Source: Lama glama
Lineage: Eukaryota
Length of the DNA stretch: 64,000 nt
Assembly: GCA_028534125.1 (NCBI GenBank)
Contig: CM052818.1
Location: 36,272,001 to 36,336,000 of the forward strand
Direction: 5' to 3'
The notes under the pieces are model-generated. The model saw only the letters and a list, made by a program, of their open reading frames with translations. It searched no databases and was not told the origin of the DNA. A program made the position numbers and the translations under genes. Below are positions 12,860-25,488 of the stretch, piece by piece. Each line of letters starts with the position of its first letter. The stretch's first letter is position 1.

Positions 12860-13810
12860 CAATCATTCACAAATGTTTACTGCATAACTACTATATGCAA
12901 GACCTGGGCCTGATCTCAGGATATACCAGTAAATCATACAGACAAGATCCCTACTCTTTTGGAGTTTACATTCTAATGGAGGGAAACAAACAATACTCAA
13001 ATAAACGAGACAACATAGATAGTGATAAGTTCTCTAAAGAAAATAAACAGAATGATGAATTAGGCAGAGATTTAGTGGGATAGGCCATTTTAGAATGGGT
13101 GGTCCGGGGCAGCCTCTCAGAGAAGATGACATTTGAGCTGAGATTTGAATGATGAGCAATATGCTGGGAAAAGCACTGCAGGAAGAGGGAGCAGCAAGTG
13201 CACAAACCATGAGGCAGGAATGGATCAGTGCATTTGCAAAACAGAAAGGAACCTAGAAGACTGGAAAGATGGAAGAAGGTGGAGACAAGTGGGAAAGAGC
13301 CGGATCATACAGGGCCTTGCAGAGCTGGGTTTAATTCTAAGTGGAACAGGAAGCCACTAGAGGGTTTTAAGCAAGACAATGACATAATCTAAATTAAGAT
13401 TTTATAAGATCACTCTGGCTGCTGTATGTAGGATGGACAGTTAGGCGCCTGTTGCAGTAACCCAGACAGAAAATCAATGATGGCTTGAATTAACGTGGTT
13501 GGCAGCAGAGAAGAGAGTAAAATAGATGGGAGATATATTTTGGCATCAGAGCTGACAAGGCATGCTAATGGCTTGGAGATGGGATCCAGGATAGGGTGAA
13601 GGAAAAAACAAGCACGATGCTTGGGTTTTACATCTGGGCGACAAGAAGGATGGAGGAGCTAATTCCTGAGATGGGGAGGACTGAGGAGGAACAGATTTGT
13701 GTGGGCGGCAATCTTAAGATGCCTATTAGACATCTGAGTTTATATTGCAAATAGGCAGAGGGAAAGTCTGCACTGGAGGTATAAATTTGGGTGGGATTTA
13801 AAGCCATGGG
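12860..13810 (-). mobile_element. L2 LINE fragment (more L2 pieces to about 15420)
   Basis: Reverse L2 3' end 'tcattcacaaatgtttactg...' and 'ggcagcctctcagagaagatgacatttgagctgaga', 'gatcactctggctgctgt'. Confidence 0.75.
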
Positions 13811-15499
13811 GCTGGATAAAAAAGCCTTGGGAGGGCTAACAGCTGAGCCAATATTTAGATGGGGGCCCAGAGGCAGGAGCAACTGACAGAGTGTCAGGTA
13901 AAGTATCTGAGAGGAGATAATGGTTAAACTGAGTCTTTAAAGATGAGTAGTTTGCCAGAGGAAGTAAAGGAGATAATCTGGGAAGAGTGAGCCACATGTT
14001 CAAAGGCCTCAAGTTGAGCAGTAGTGGGAGTCCATCTGGTTCCCTGCTGTAACCCCAGGGCCTAGAACACAGTATATGTTCAATAAATATTTGCTGAATG
14101 ACTGGTGTATTTAACAACTTGCAGACAGCTCAATAAAACCAGAGGAAAAGTTGGTGGTGGGGGTAGGGACTGGTAGAGATCAGGCTCTAGTGTAAAAGGT
14201 AACAGGAGGCTATATCACTGTCTGCCTGGAGAAAGAGATGGAAGATTCATTAAAACATTTTATGCCTAGCGAGGGGCATGGTCAAATATGCACTTTAAAG
14301 AATCCTCAGGCTGTGATGGGGAAAACAGTGGGGGTGAGGTGGGAGGCCAGATGCAAGGCCAGGGGCTGAGACTGGAGGTGAGGAGACCAGTTTAGAGACT
14401 GCAGAAATCCCAGTGAGAGATGACGGTGGCCTGAACTAGGGCAGGGACTGAGGAGATGGAGCCTTAGAGATACTCAGCAAGAGAACTTGGCAGGATTTGG
14501 TGTGGGTCCAGTCAAGACAGTCATCCTGAATACAAGAGCATAGCTGTCGAAATATTAATTGGTACATCCCCCTTCTGGGATACAGCACGGTAGCTGGCCC
14601 TTTTGTGCTTCCTTGACTCAGAGGTTTAGACTGACCTAAAAGCAGAAGGCCAAAGCTCCTTCAGGCTTTCCCTAAAAATATGATCCCCTTCAAGAGAAAA
14701 TGCCCCTTGTCCTTAGAAAAGAAGAAACTCTAAAGGCTTCTGTAAGCCAGAGAAGGGAGAAGAGGCCTCCAGGCCTCCGGCAGAACTCTATGGCAGTGTC
14801 CTGGGGTGGGTGACAAGGCCTCAGGGAGATGTTTCCTGGGACCCAGAACCATGGTTCCCAGCATGGAAAAAGAAGCCTATACTTCCTGGGTGATCCAAGG
14901 CTGTGGCTGGGGCTTCCAGAGACCAGTGCTTTTCTTCAAGGAGGGTGGCCTGGAACCAAAAACCCCCCCAATTTCCTGTGGGGGGTGTCAATAATGTCTG
15001 ACATGCAGTTTGCCTGTCAAATTCTGCAGAAATGGGGGCTCCAGTCTGAATTACTGTTGATTTAAGAAATAAAGAAATAGCTACTCCTTGCACATCCAGA
15101 TTCAGTTACACAAGGGGAACGCCTGTAATATCTGGCTTGGGAAAGTGAGTGGTGCCAATCCTGAGGCAGGAAACAGGGAACACAGAGGAGCGCTTGAGCG
15201 TGGGGAAGCAGAGGAGCATGAGTTCTGTTTTGGACTTGCTGACTTTGAGGGATCCGCGGGATGTCCAGGTAGAGGTTGAGCAGAAGCTGGATAAATGGAC
15301 CACCGTGAACTCAGATTGGAGGTCTGGGCTGGAGGCTTAAGTTTGGAGGCCATCGGTTTGAAGCCCATAATGAAAGTCATGGGAGTGGACAGGATGGCCG
15401 GAGAAGCTGAGTGGGGCAGGAAGGATAAAGCAAGATGCGGAGGCAGGAGAGGGAGTTCTCCCTTTCCAGACTGGCTCTGTCCTTACAGCTTCTCACCGC

Positions 15500-16260
15500 C
15501 CAGATCTTAGAGGGCTGCCAGACAAGAGGCCCGGCGGCAAGCGCGCTAGAAGGGGGCTGCCCCGAGCAGAAGAGACCCCAAAGCATGTCGTTTCCCCTGT
15601 TTCCAGAGCTCACCCAGCAGGGCAGGGAAGCGGAGCAGTAGCGGAAACCTGGGAAATCAGCAGTAGTGGGTAACCGAGTGGTTCCAGCCGCGGCAGTAGC
15701 AGCCAGAGGCCCCCGGGGCGGTGGCGGGCCGCAGACCCCAGCCTCCCGGCCGCCGCCTTCTTTCCTCTAGGTGAGCAGGAGCGGAAAGGGATGGCGAAGG
15801 ATGTCTGCTAGATCCCCAACAATCCCGTCTGGGGTTTTCTCCCGCCGCCCCCATCCTAGGCCCGCTCCCCCTTCGGCACCCTCCGCGCCACCTCGTTATC
15901 GGACCCCCGCCCGCCGGGCTCCGCCCCGAGACCCCTCCTCCTCCCCCAGCTCCGCCACCCGGTACCGTCTCCCGGAGAGATGGTCTCGATCTCCACGCCC
16001 ATCGCGGTCCCACTGGCCCCGCCTCCGAGGGTCCCCGCTGTTGCCCTGACCCCGGCTCGGCTCCGGCCCTGGCCCGCTGGCGTTCCTGCTTGCCTCCCCT
16101 CCGCCACTGCAGAGTCGGAGGAGGTGCGGCTGGAGTCGGGACCTGCGCGGGGAGGGGCCACCGGGAAGGGGGCGGCGGGGCGGAGCGGCGCGGAAAGGTG
16201 GGGTCGACCGGGGCGGGGCCCGGGGGAAGGGACCCTGACGAGGCTGCTCTAGAGCTTGAC
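15500..16260. promoter_or_regulatory. FKBP1B: FKBP1B CpG island and promoter
   Basis: High GC and CpG density spanning exon 1; multiple GC boxes (GGGGCGG) at 16168-16220. Confidence 0.85.
15966..16002 (-). CDS. FKBP1B: FKBP1B coding exon 1
   Basis: GCG ATG G start; MGVEIETISPGD(G); GTACCG donor; the four exons total 327 nt = 108 aa + stop. Confidence 0.97.
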
Positions 16261-16334
16261 CAGGCTAAAGATCATTAACCTACTGACTGGGAAGGAAGGT
16301 GAGGGAGGCATGCAGACAAGCGCATTTACCCGCG

Positions 16335-16390
16335 CACCCACCCACCCATCTGTCCATCCATCTATACATCCATCCATCCATCTATCCATC
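16335..16390. repeat. Degenerate (TCCA)n simple repeat at an L2-like tail
   Basis: cacccacccacccatctgtccatccatctatacatccatccatccatctatccatc. Confidence 0.7.
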
Positions 16391-17639
16391 TGTTCAACAC
16401 ATTTATCTAGCACCTACTCTCTGTTAAGCTCCAGGAGTCAACTCGGTCTCACAGACTAGGGGAAGAAGGCTGGTAACGAAACCAACGCTTTAATTAGATG
16501 CGTTCACCGCCATAGAGTTCAGAACGTTATGAAAGCACCAGAGATGTAGCTACCCCAGCTAGGCAGCCGGAATCTGCAGGGGCAAGCTGGGGTTGAGGTG
16601 GGGTTAAGGGGGGGGGCGGGGGGGAGGGACAGGGGAGGGGAAGAAACCAGTCATTACTGACTCTCCTGCACCCAACTTAAACCCCTCTTCTCCATCCCAC
16701 GCACAGGTGGGTTCCCACCTTTCAGGGCAGAGAACTATGCCCTGGGGGTACCAACTGAATTAAGACAGAATTGCTGTCCTCGACGAATTGAATCTGAATC
16801 TGTGTTGAGTGGGGTCACACAGTAACAGCGGTGGGGTGATTCTGCTGTGGGATGAATGAATGAGTTCTACCTTGAGTTCCTCCTCCACGCAAGACCCTTC
16901 GCCTCCACCCAAAGGAGATCCAGGAATCTGGAAAGACAATTTTTTGGAGGAGTTAACGTTTGCTTGAAAAATGAATGAGACTTTAACTTTTGTTTCATTT
17001 TTTTCTCATTCTTCAACGCATTGCTGCAAAAATTGATGTATGATTCTGACGAGTGGCGCCGGAAGTTAGGCATGGGGAGAAAAGCCAGGGCAAAGATGTC
17101 CAGAGTGGGCCCGAGAGGTGTTCTTCCTCCACTTCGCCTCCCGCCACTCTCCCAGATGAATAGGGCAGAGACTTCAGTTATCAGCATTGATGAAGGAGGG
17201 CTGGTTGTATTGTTCAAGAAACATGACGATCTACCGTGCTGTGAGGGTCAGGGTCTGAAATTCCCCACGGGCTGCTTGCTCCAAGGCGGGGCCCAGAATG
17301 TCCCAGGGGTATAGGGGTCTTAGCCTAGTGTCGCACTAGCTCCTTGAGCTGTGGCCAAGGGCAGGCACTGTTGGGGTAAGTGTAGAATAGGAGTTTGTAA
17401 TTGGGACAGGTCCGTGGAGCGGCTTCAGTTAAATGCACACCATTTTGTGAACGGATAAGAACATTTTTCTGAGGAGATTTTTATCTTATTTTAAGGAGGG
17501 CTGCGACTCCTTCCCATCCCCGACCCCCACCACCTCCACCACCACTCCCACAAAAGAAAGGCTAAGGAATTGTGTTGACTCTGGGGCTCCCGGACTCGTT
17601 CTTAGACTAAGAGAACCGATGAGAAGTGGGGGAAGGCGC

Positions 17640-17845
17640 TAAACCTCTCACGGGAGAACTTGTGGCAGGCTTACCGTCGGGAATACAACTCCCAGAGGCC
17701 CGTGGGGCAAAGCCCGAGCTTATTGGCCAGTGGGAAGGACCCTCTCCTAACGGACACATATAAAAGCCAATAGGCCGAGGTATTGCCGAGCTTGCCCAGC
17801 CTCCGCTCACCTATCAGGGGCCTGGGAGCCGATGCTTCCGGTACT
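17640..17845 (+). promoter_or_regulatory. WDCP: WDCP core promoter (CpG island to about 18120)
   Basis: ZNF143-like GAATACAACTCCCAGAGGCC 17681-17700, ATTGG 17722, CCAAT 17767, TATA-like ATATAAAA about 17758, ETS CTTCCGG 17835. Confidence 0.7.
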
Positions 17846-17926
17846 CGCTTACGGCTTCAGATCCGCGGTGCGTGAGCCCCGGCGGACTCCGGGAGACAGA
17901 TTTTCTGTGGGGCTGTGAGGCCAAAG
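17830..17926 (+). other. WDCP: Probable non-coding exon 1 of WDCP (5' end approximate)
   Basis: Lies in the CpG island downstream of the CCAAT boxes and ends in an AAG|GTATTT donor; exon 2 has an acceptor 19 nt before the ATG, so an upstream exon is required. Confidence 0.6.
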
Positions 17927-20900
17927 GTATTTTGTCTCCACTACTGTCTGGCCTGGCCGGTTTGGGGAGGCTGTAGGTGGGCGGGGAGGGTAGTGGAGGG
18001 ATCGGTACTTTGAGGGTGGGGAGGAGAGAGGATGTGTCACAGGTGTGCGGAGAGGATGGGGAGAATTGGTAGGGGGCCGCGTGCGAGGGGCTGGCGGATG
18101 CGGACGAGCAGGGGGTGAGTGAGTTTATATCAGTGAATATATTCTCTGTGTCACGAGTGACACTCCTATATATAGGAATATGTCCTAAGTCTGCTATTCA
18201 AAATGAAGAACGTGCTTTATACGTAAACACCTTTATCGCAACGTTATTTATAGAAGGATGAATTTGGCCATAACCTGGTATCTCCCAGTGAGGGAAAATT
18301 ATGGAACTTCCTCAACAGTGAGGAAAAGTGAATATTAAGTGGCTCCTAAAAGTAATTAATAAAACTTTTAAGTAACTTGAGAAACTGATAATATATGTGA
18401 AGTGAAAAAATCGTGATACGATATTGTACAGTATGATTGAAAAAGTTTAAAACTGCATAGAAAAAAGGCTGAAGGGATGTAGTCATAATTTTCTTTGATG
18501 AATGGTTTTTTGTGAATTTACCTTTTTACCTTTCCTGTGTTTTAATTTAAAACAATAAGTGTAAATAACTTGGAATTATTTTATAGTGAAAACACAATAA
18601 ACTTAGAAAAACAAATTGCAAAATATGGAACTCTGTTTAAACCTACAGTAAGTGCTCCAATTCACCTAAGCCCCTAGATTCTCACTATGAGTTGTTTTTA
18701 AAGAAGATTAAAAACAGAAGAATTAAATGGTCATAGACTGAGCACCAGGTCCTGGTTCTGACCATCTCCCCCCTGAACTAATACAGTCAGCCTTTCTCTC
18801 TATAAAACACCCAGGGCCCCTGATTTGAGAAATATTATAGTCTGAGGGTTGAGACCAGGAGATACACAGTTAGCTTCAAGCAAAATGTAAATATTTAAAA
18901 ATATACAAAATAATTGGAGAACACCTGAAGGCCATTTCAGCCTTTGTCCTCTTGGCTCTCTTGTAACGTTACAGACTCTGTGACAGTGACCCCCAGATGT
19001 TTACTTGTGACTGCCTAAGGTGCAGTTCTACCCTATAGACAAATGAAGCACATTTAATACTTAATTTGTTACACACTACACACTGTTCTTTCCTTTGAAG
19101 CATGTTCTGCCCTCTATCTCTGTTTAATGGTTCAGCAATTTCCCATGTTATCCTTAATTCTCCTTCCTCACTGCTCATCCTACTTGATGTCTGTTTCATC
19201 TGTCTTAGAAATACCTCTTGAATTCTGGCTCTCTTTCTCTACTGAAGTAGCTACAGACTTGGCTCACTTTCTCATAGTAACATTCAAACTATTTCCTGGT
19301 CCCTTATTAAACTTGTCAGCTTCCTACTTTCTCAGGTCCATTCTGCACATTGTTGCATAAATGCGTGCTGGTTCCTCTAAATTCCAAATTCCTCAGCAGT
19401 CCCTTTATGATCAGGGGGTTAAGGCTGGAAAGGTCTAGCAATATAGGACAGTTTACGGCCTTCAATGCTTTGCTGAAACATTTTGGAAGAACTTTTATAT
19501 GCATAGACTGTGGAGACTCATCAAAGGCATTTGAGCAGAAATGCAAAATGACCAGAGCTGTGACTTTTCTCCAGATAATTCTACCCAACATACAGAGTCC
19601 TGGCTCTGTGGGAAAGAAGAGACTGGTATGAAGAGGACTTCTCCTTGTCCTACCCTACTGAAAAGGAAGAGGGGCTCAGGACCTGGACTAATAATGCAGT
19701 AGATAGGAAATGGAATAGAAATGAAAGAATTAGAACAGATTTTTGTAATTATTAGGATTTTGAGGGAAATAGGCCGAATTTCTTCTTGTGATTAAAGATG
19801 AGAATATTAAAGTTAATTCTTCTAAAAATCTCAGTAACTTTATTATCATTTATTTTTCCCTTATTCACAAGGGACATTTATCCCTTACCTTCTGTTACTC
19901 CTGGCCATACACAGTCTTAATGACATTAGACTGACTTGGGTGGCCTAAAACATATCATATAAATTGCCTTTGATACAATTGGCCCATTAGGGATTTTCTC
20001 TGCCCAGGAAAATGTGTCATGCATTATTTATCAATAGAAGTCTTTTAAAAGTGCATAAGTAGATATTAGGAAAAAACATACATTATCTTATACAAGACCA
20101 GTAGGTTTGAGATGGCAGTTTTTGTTATTAGTAATGACAGAGGACATATTTCTTCATTTAGCAAGTCACTGCCAAACCACTTAATCTGACATCATGTGTA
20201 GAAGTATAACAGACCATTCCATCTTAGTAAAAGATTCTAAGAGCAGGGACAATGGTAGCAAAGAGATATGAGAAATAATTTGCAGATAAGTTAAAAGCAA
20301 ATCTGCCAGTTTGGTGGAGAATACATTTCTTTGAATTTAGAGTCTGAAGGCAATTTCTCAGGTTCTGTCTTTAGTTAGGAGTCAGTAAAACAAGATTGAA
20401 AAATGTCCATTGGATTCTGTGAGGTGGATGGCACTGATGAGTTGGTGAGAGTTGTTTTAGAGAAGAGGTAGAAATGGTGTCAGTTTGTGGTGGATTAAGA
20501 AGAGAATGGTGAAGAAATGAACGCTGCAAGTTTAGACAATCCTTTATGATAATTAATAAGCTTAAACATCACTTAGAATATGCTTTTTGATCATCATATT
20601 ATTTTGTAAATTGCCTGTTGGTAATCTTTGTCCACTTTAAAATTTAGCGTGTTTTGTCTTTTATCTGGCTTATAACAGCTTTTTATAAAGTAAGTATTTT
20701 TTTACATTTAAATGTTTACTTTTTTTCAATTACAAAAGGACTGTTTGAATACATACATATTGTAAAAGCAATTTTTCCCAAGAAATACAGAAGTAAGTAT
20801 CCCAGTGTCTTTCTTACACCACCTCACTGCATCTCAGTATGTACTATGAACACTTTGGTATGTGTCATTTCTGATCCTTTTCTGCATCTTTATGTAAGTG

Positions 20901-21790
20901 TACATGAACACACATGTATATAGACATACAGAGGTGAATTTTTTTCCATAAATAGGAGCATACTAGACATGTTACTTTGTCAATTTCACTGCATTTTTTA
21001 CGAGGAAAGATTTTTTTCTTATCAGTACTCATGGAGCGTCTTTATTTTTTATTTAACTGTTTCCATATTGATGTACATTTGGGTTTTTCTAATACAAAAG
21101 ATGCTGCAGTAAATCCATATACGTGTATGTGTTTGAGTGTTTCTATAGTTCTGTCGAAAGTCTTTCTTTTAAATCTGTTATGTTTTTGTTTTACACATTT
21201 GGATCTTTATCTGGAAGGTGTTTTGTTGTAAGATGTGAAAGGTTAGTCTCTTTTTAGAGCTTCAGCTTTGTTGTCTCTCAAATAAGAGTAAGAATGCCAT
21301 CCTTACAAGACTATTACAAGGATCATATCAGATTCTAGGTGACCAGCCCTAAGTGTGGCACATGCTGGACATGTTTATTCCCTCATTTCCTTTGGCAAGT
21401 TCAGGTAGTATCTGGGTGTATTTATAGAATATGGTCTGTTTTTGCATATTCAGTAACTGTCATCCTGATTTCCTTTGTTTTGGCATGTCTCAACATTTCA
21501 CAGAAAGGCTAACATAAAATTTTACCATTGAAATTGATGGAAGTTAGTAAGGTTCTACCATATTTTAATTTGGTGACAAATGGGAATTCAAGTCTTACCT
21601 TTTGCTTTCCCTTCAGTGTTGAGAATAAAGTGAAATAAAGCATACTGACAAGAAGGAGTCAGATATGAGCAATCTAAAGGAAAAGTATATGTGAAAGAAA
21701 GATATTTGAAAGCTTTAAAAAGATTCTTTTCAAACATCTCAGATCATTAATTGCAATAAAAATTATGACTCAAATAACATGGTGCATTTT

Positions 21791-21968
21791 TTTAAATTGA
21801 AGTATAGTCTGTTTACAATGTCGTGTTAGCGTGATTCTGGTGTATAGCATGATTCGGTTATATATATATATGTATATATACATTCCTTTTCATACTTTTT
21901 CATTATAGATTATTATCAGGTATTGAATATAATTTCCTGTGCTATACAGTAGGACCTTGTAGTTTATC
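21791..21968 (-). mobile_element. 5'-truncated artiodactyl-type L1 3' end
   Basis: 'ttgaagtatagtc..tttacaat...tgtgctatacagtaggaccttgt' with near-perfect TSD ACAT(G/A)GTGCATTTT (21777 / 21969). Confidence 0.8.
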
Positions 21969-22784
21969 ACATAGTGCATTTTGTAATTAGGCTTTGGCAT
22001 TTAATTTTATACGATTGTAATCTTTAGGCACACGTATGATCTTATTACATACTTGTAATTGTTATGTGCTCTATTTACAAAAGAATTTGAGGCAGCTGTC
22101 TACTGTGTTGATCAACTCCATGATGAGTTGACTCATTTCAGGCCTTACGTGCATCTTGCATATTTTATTGGCTCTCTCTAATTAATTATAGCATCATAGT
22201 GAGGCTACATTCAAAAATTATGATTACAGTAACTTAAAGAGACATGGGGTTAGTATTCAGAGTGTACATTTTTTGCTTGTTTACCTGCTTTCCTATGAGT
22301 GGCTTAGAATTTTGAACCAAGAACTATTACTATAAGCATTATTATTGTTTTGTCTATATTGCTGTTGTTCAGTATTCCAGTTCTTTGATCAGAGAAGTTT
22401 GAACTAGAGGTGTCCAGAATATACATTTGGCTCCATAAATTGAATAAAAATCAGTATTCTGCAGAGGTGATCATAGAGTGAACCTGTGGAACAACAAGAA
22501 AAAAATCTGAAATTTCATTCTCTTTATTAAAATTTCACTGAAACAGTTTAGTCATTTGGCTTCAAAAGTTTGACCTTATTTTGCAGGAACAATAATTTCT
22601 AAGCACTGCCAGGCTGTCTTTTAATCTGTTACATTCCTTCCATCCTTTTATCCCCTCACAGTAATGACTTGTGAAAGGGCTAAGCCATTGTCTGGTAAAA
22701 TGTTCTACATTTTGAATTTGTCTAATTATATTCTCATGGTATAACTTCCTTCATAATTATTTCAGATAACCTTTATCAGAAAGG

Positions 22785-24599
22785 ATGGAGTTGGGAAAAG
22801 GAAGACTTCTCAGGACTGGACTGAATGCATTGTATCAAGCAATACACCCAATTCACGGCCTTGCCTGGACTGATGGAAATCAGGTAGTCCTGACTGACTT
22901 ACAGGTTCAGAGTGGAGAGGCCACATTTGGAGACTCAAAGGTCATTGGACAATTTGAACATGTGTATGGGGTGTCCTGGGCCCCACCTGGTACAGCTGAT
23001 ACACCTGCTCTGCTCGCTGTCCAGCACAAGATGCATGTCATTGTGTGGCAACTGTGTCCTAGCACCTCGGATACAGGCAAATGGCTGATGTCTCAGAACT
23101 GTGAGATAAGACAGTCATTCCCTGTCCTTCCCCAGGGCTGTGTGTGGCACCCAAAAATTGCTGTCCTGACTGTGTTGACTGCACAGGATGTCTCCATTTT
23201 CCATAATGTCCACTGCAACAATTCCCAGGTAAAAGTGGACCTCAACACCCAAGGCCTCATTCACTGTGCGTGTTGGACCCAGAATGGTCAGATGCTGGTG
23301 GTGGCAGTAGGCAGCAGCCTGCATTCTTATATTTGGGACAGTGCTCAGAAGGCTCTTCACAGGTGCTCCTTCTGCCCAGTGTTTGATGTGGACAGCCACG
23401 TGTGCTCCATCGGAGCCACTGTGAACTCAGAGGTTGCTATAGCCACTGAGCTTCCACTAGGTAAGATTTGTGGCTTAAATGCATCTGGCACCTTTGACGT
23501 TGCCCCTAGTGGTGAAGACACTTGTTCATATACTTTACCAGTTACTGATGAAGTTTCCTCTGTGGATAACGACGCAGTCGCTTCTGAAACAAGTTCTGAA
23601 ACACCGGTTTCTCCCTTTTCTTCATCCTTTTCTGATCTTCTGGATCTAACTCATATACACTTCAGCAGATCTAAATCTGAGGGTAGTTCTCTTATTTGTC
23701 TAAGAAAAAAGGACTACTTGACGGGAACTGGCCTGGATTCTTCACATTTGGTCCTCTTGAACTTTGAGAAAGAGGTTACGCAGAATAGGAAAGTCACCAT
23801 TCCGGGCATTCTGGTTCCTGATCTAATAGCATTTAGTCTTAAAGCACAGGTAGTCGCAGTGGCTTCCAATACGTATAATACAATTTTTATCTATTCTGTC
23901 ATTCCATCATTTATGCCAAACATCCGGCAGATTCAGTTAGAGAGTAATGAAAGACCAAAAGGCATATGTTTCTTGACAGATAAATTATTATTAATTTTGG
24001 TAGGAGAACAAAGACCCACTGATTCAGCATTTCTTCCTTCTTCAAAGTCTGATCAGTATATGCTTCGTTTGATTGTTAGAGAAGTGATGTTGGAAGAAGA
24101 ATCTCCAGTGACGTTGAGTGAAAACCAGAGTGGTTACTCTGCTCTCAGTACTGTGTTAAACCAAGCAAATAAAAAGCTAATTGAAAGTCTTTCCCCAGAT
24201 TTTTATCACCAAAATGGAGGGCTCTTGTTAACAGCTAATAGCAGCAATCCGAGTAGGAATCCTGGAAGAACCCTTATTAAAGAAATCAAAAGTCCTCCAT
24301 CCAGTATCTGTGATGGCTCCACAGCCCTAGAAACTCCAGGTGCCGGACCTGTTAACCAGCCAGTAACACTGCCCAGACCCAGCGGCACTCCAGACCACAC
24401 CAAGACCCCAGAACCTCCTAACGTACAAAGGGAAAAGGAAATTTATCAGCTGTCTAAGGAACTGAAAGTTTTATCCAGGAACCTAAATGAAGTGCAGCAA
24501 TGTCTTTCTAAGCTCACAGACTCTCTACAGAATGGAAAGAAATCCTCTCCTTCGTATCCACTCTCTCCGGATCTACCTTATGTTCACATCACTTGCCAG
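22785..24599 (+). CDS. WDCP: WDCP (C2orf44; WD repeat and coiled-coil protein), first coding exon (exon starts at 22766)
   Basis: 605 codons [39 protein letters not shown]...YVHITCQ; ttcAG acceptor at 22764-65, CAG|GTAACT donor; WD-like N-terminus and a coiled coil near the end. Confidence 0.95.
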
Positions 24600-25433
24600 G
24601 TAACTTCCCCTTTGAGGAGCTACCACTGGCTCCTGCTACCAGTGGGTGCTTGCTGCAAGAGAAATATATTGATGAGGAAGATGGTGTTGTAATTGAACTT
24701 CACTGACCTGGGCATGTTTTATTCAGGCAAGTTCATATACCTTTCCATGTTGGTCGCCTGCCATCCAGATGGGCACACGTACCAGTATACACTGTGATTT
24801 TATCATGTGCGTGGTGTGAAAACATGAATGATTGTACTCATTCTGGTAGTCTATATTTAGAAAAATAATTTTAAATCATGCTGTTTCATTGTGAAAACCT
24901 TTTCCTTATGCACTTGCAGACACTCTTCCATTTATAAGAAAGGTTACAGTGATTAAAAAATTTTAATGCTTCTATTTATACCTGCATATGCAAACAAAAT
25001 ATTACATAAATAGGACCACATCATATCTGCTTTTATCATGAAAACTTTCCTTCCCCATCAAACTTGACCCTGCTCCTCCTTTCTGGAACGCACTTTAACT
25101 AACAGCTCAATGTGGAGCCTTCTGTATTTCACTTCACACTCATATAAATCTTACACAGAGCTTTGTATACATAGATATATTATGTGGAGGGGTGTTAGTG
25201 GTGATTTTGTCATTGTTTTACAGGAATGGGGTCATAAGGTGCGTTCTTTACTTAATGCTGAGAGTGTGCTGTTTATTCAGCCGTTCCCTTGTTGATGGAC
25301 ATTCACTTTGTTTTCAGTTCTAAGCCACTCTGAATAGTGCTGCAATAGTATTCTTGTATGTATCTATTTATACTCTTACTTTTATTTTGGTTGGCTTGGT
25401 TCCCAGAAAGTGGAAGTACAAATTTGAAGACTA

Positions 25434-25456
25434 TGTGTGTGTGTATATATATATAT

Positions 25457-25487
<31 letters not shown>
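25434..25487. repeat. Compound (TG)(TA)(GA) microsatellite inside an old antisense L1ME
   Basis: tgtgtgtgtgtatatatatatatattgagagagag... Confidence 0.9.

Positions 25488-25488
<1 letters not shown>

Noticed and set aside
15657..16278. Pro/Arg/Gly-rich ORFs over the FKBP1B CpG island
   Set aside because: Stop-codon depletion in GC-rich DNA; only the 37-nt coding exon is supported.
17325..17339. CTAGTG-tcg-CACTAG inverted repeat between the promoters
   Set aside because: A 6-bp stem is within chance expectation; no assignable function.
24600..24692. Last 30 aa of the 635-aa ORF ([10 protein letters not shown]...)
   Set aside because: Intronic read-through past the CAG|GTAACT donor; WDCP homology resumes at 29083 in the right phase.
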